Source of the DNA: Harriotta raleighana
Lineage: Eukaryota
Direction of reading: 5' to 3'
DNA length: 64,000 nt
NCBI GenBank assembly: GCA_050575255.1
Contig: JBNZDD010013726.1
Coordinates: forward strand, 8,622,302-8,686,301
Position numbers and translations under genes: made by a program. Below, piece after piece: positions 62,616-64,000 of the stretch (its first letter is position 1; each line of letters opens with the position of its first letter). The notes under the pieces were generated by a model. That model searched no databases and was not told the origin of the DNA. It saw nothing but the letters and a program-made list of their open reading frames with translations.

Positions 62616-64000
62616 TCCACTGTACACACACACATACAACACAGCTGTGGGTGCATAATGTCTGGGATGCATATAGCCCTGAATAACAGTCCATTATTCT
62701 GAAAACGAAGGAGAAAAGCCAGCCTAATGACCGAGAGGTATGGGGAAAAAAAAACGTCAGGCAGATCGAAAACAGAACGACGTCTAAAAACTCAGGATTT
62801 CAGATTCTTAAATGACTCGGTGTTTATTTCGATGGTGAAATACCAACTTATTGCTCAGATTCGGGTGAAATATACTGGTCCAAACAAAAAAAAAAAAAAA
62901 AAAGGATTTGAATCCGGCAGATCACTTAAAGATGCCAAAGTGACCGTCTCCAGTCCATGATAAAACTGCAGTGTGCAGCACAGCAATTAAAATGTACAAA
63001 TACGGCCATGGAACACAGTCCTCCATCGCTTGGCAATGTGTCAAATGTCGAGAGGCTAAGCTTTTTTTTTTCCATTTGCATTATCGTTTTACTGACTTAC
63101 TCCAAATGTAGAAAATATCACACATTTTGTTCTGGCTGTTCTAAACTCACCTCCTTCACCAGCAATTTTTTTTAACCCCCCCCCACTGCCCACCGCCCCA
63201 CACCCTTCCTTCCACTTCCCCCACCCTTCCAACCCCCCCCCGCCCCCCCACATCTCTGCCCCAACTGTACCTGACTGTTTCATAGTTACAGAAGTAGGTG
63301 TTACAACATTTATTTATAGAAGGGGTTAAAAAAGCATTTTTAAATCTTGATTTTCTTGACCACAGAACAATGTGCAGAATATGATCTGTCCTGCTGTGGG
63401 TTAAGATATCTTTAAATAAACTAAATTTGGCTGTTCAGTGCAGAGTCACGCAAAACGATGGAAACAATTTGGCAGCTCATATTCATCGCTGTTCCATGTC
63501 ACAGAAAACAATGATTAGACATATTTAACATTCAATGATGCAACGTCTCGCGTTTGATTTCAAAACTACCACAGCTGGTGTCTTTAATACTGAATTTTCC
63601 TTGTTGGAAGATCAAGCAGGGCCATTTCTGGTATCATATTTCTGGCATCATTAGCTATGCACATCCACAAAGTGCAATACAACAACATCATCGTGCATCT
63701 CTTTATTGGCTGCATAAGTACATCAAATAAATGAAGCCATTTATAACCACAAACCAAATGTAAATTGTAATTCTACAAAATGGTGCCCACTAAGCCATTC
63801 AATGTAATTGGTGTGTTTACCAATTCCCTGTATGTCCATCCTTTAGTTTTTTTTTTAAAATCAAGGCAGCCCTAAATTCTGAGTTTCCCTGAAGAATGAA
63901 CAATGAGTTACTGTAAAATGAGACGGAAACCATCCACACAGGCCAGGGAATTCTCTATTAAATCACAATATAGGTACATGCTCTTCTAGTTTTTCCACTG

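Larger units (their letters stand above)
6930..64000 (-). other. INPP5A: INPP5A intron 1 (partial; exon 1 apparently lies beyond 64000)
   Basis: Upstream of the exon-2 acceptor on the minus strand. I saw no sequence encoding the exon-1 motif LLVTANVGSLF in the window. Confidence 0.75.

Noticed and set aside
1-64000. Prokaryotic-type systems (CRISPR arrays, operons, defence islands)
   Set aside because: The sequence is vertebrate intron with SINEs and LINEs. It has no regularly spaced repeat-spacer array and no gene-dense region.

Overview
AT-rich vertebrate genomic DNA from a draft short-read assembly: one 434-N gap plus several single-n joins flanked by duplicated sequence. The repeat content (tRNA-derived Deu-type SINEs, L2 and CR1 LINEs) points to a cartilaginous fish, possibly a chimaera; this is inference. 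The only host coding sequence I recognise is a 42-bp minus-strand exon at 6888-6929 encoding PENLQKNWLREFYQ, which is exon 2 of INPP5A. The rest of the window is therefore INPP5A intron 1 (6930-64000) and intron 2 (1-6887). Nearly all ORFs in the supplied track are spurious or repeat-derived; the exception is an L2 reverse-transcriptase fragment. The most interesting structure is a short non-autonomous fold-back element with candidate target-site duplications, present twice. The copy at 17115-18203 carries two opposed degenerate minimal hammerhead-ribozyme motifs of the Penelope-like-element type and is interrupted by a young L2. The copy at 853-1035 has lost both ribozyme cores exactly at the AACGTT helix-III palindrome. 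Also present are a Tigger/pogo-like MITE, several template-switch palindromes, an inverted SINE pair and candidate conserved non-coding enhancers. Family names are recalled from memory and need Dfam/Repbase confirmation. Repeat boundaries are approximate unless stated.
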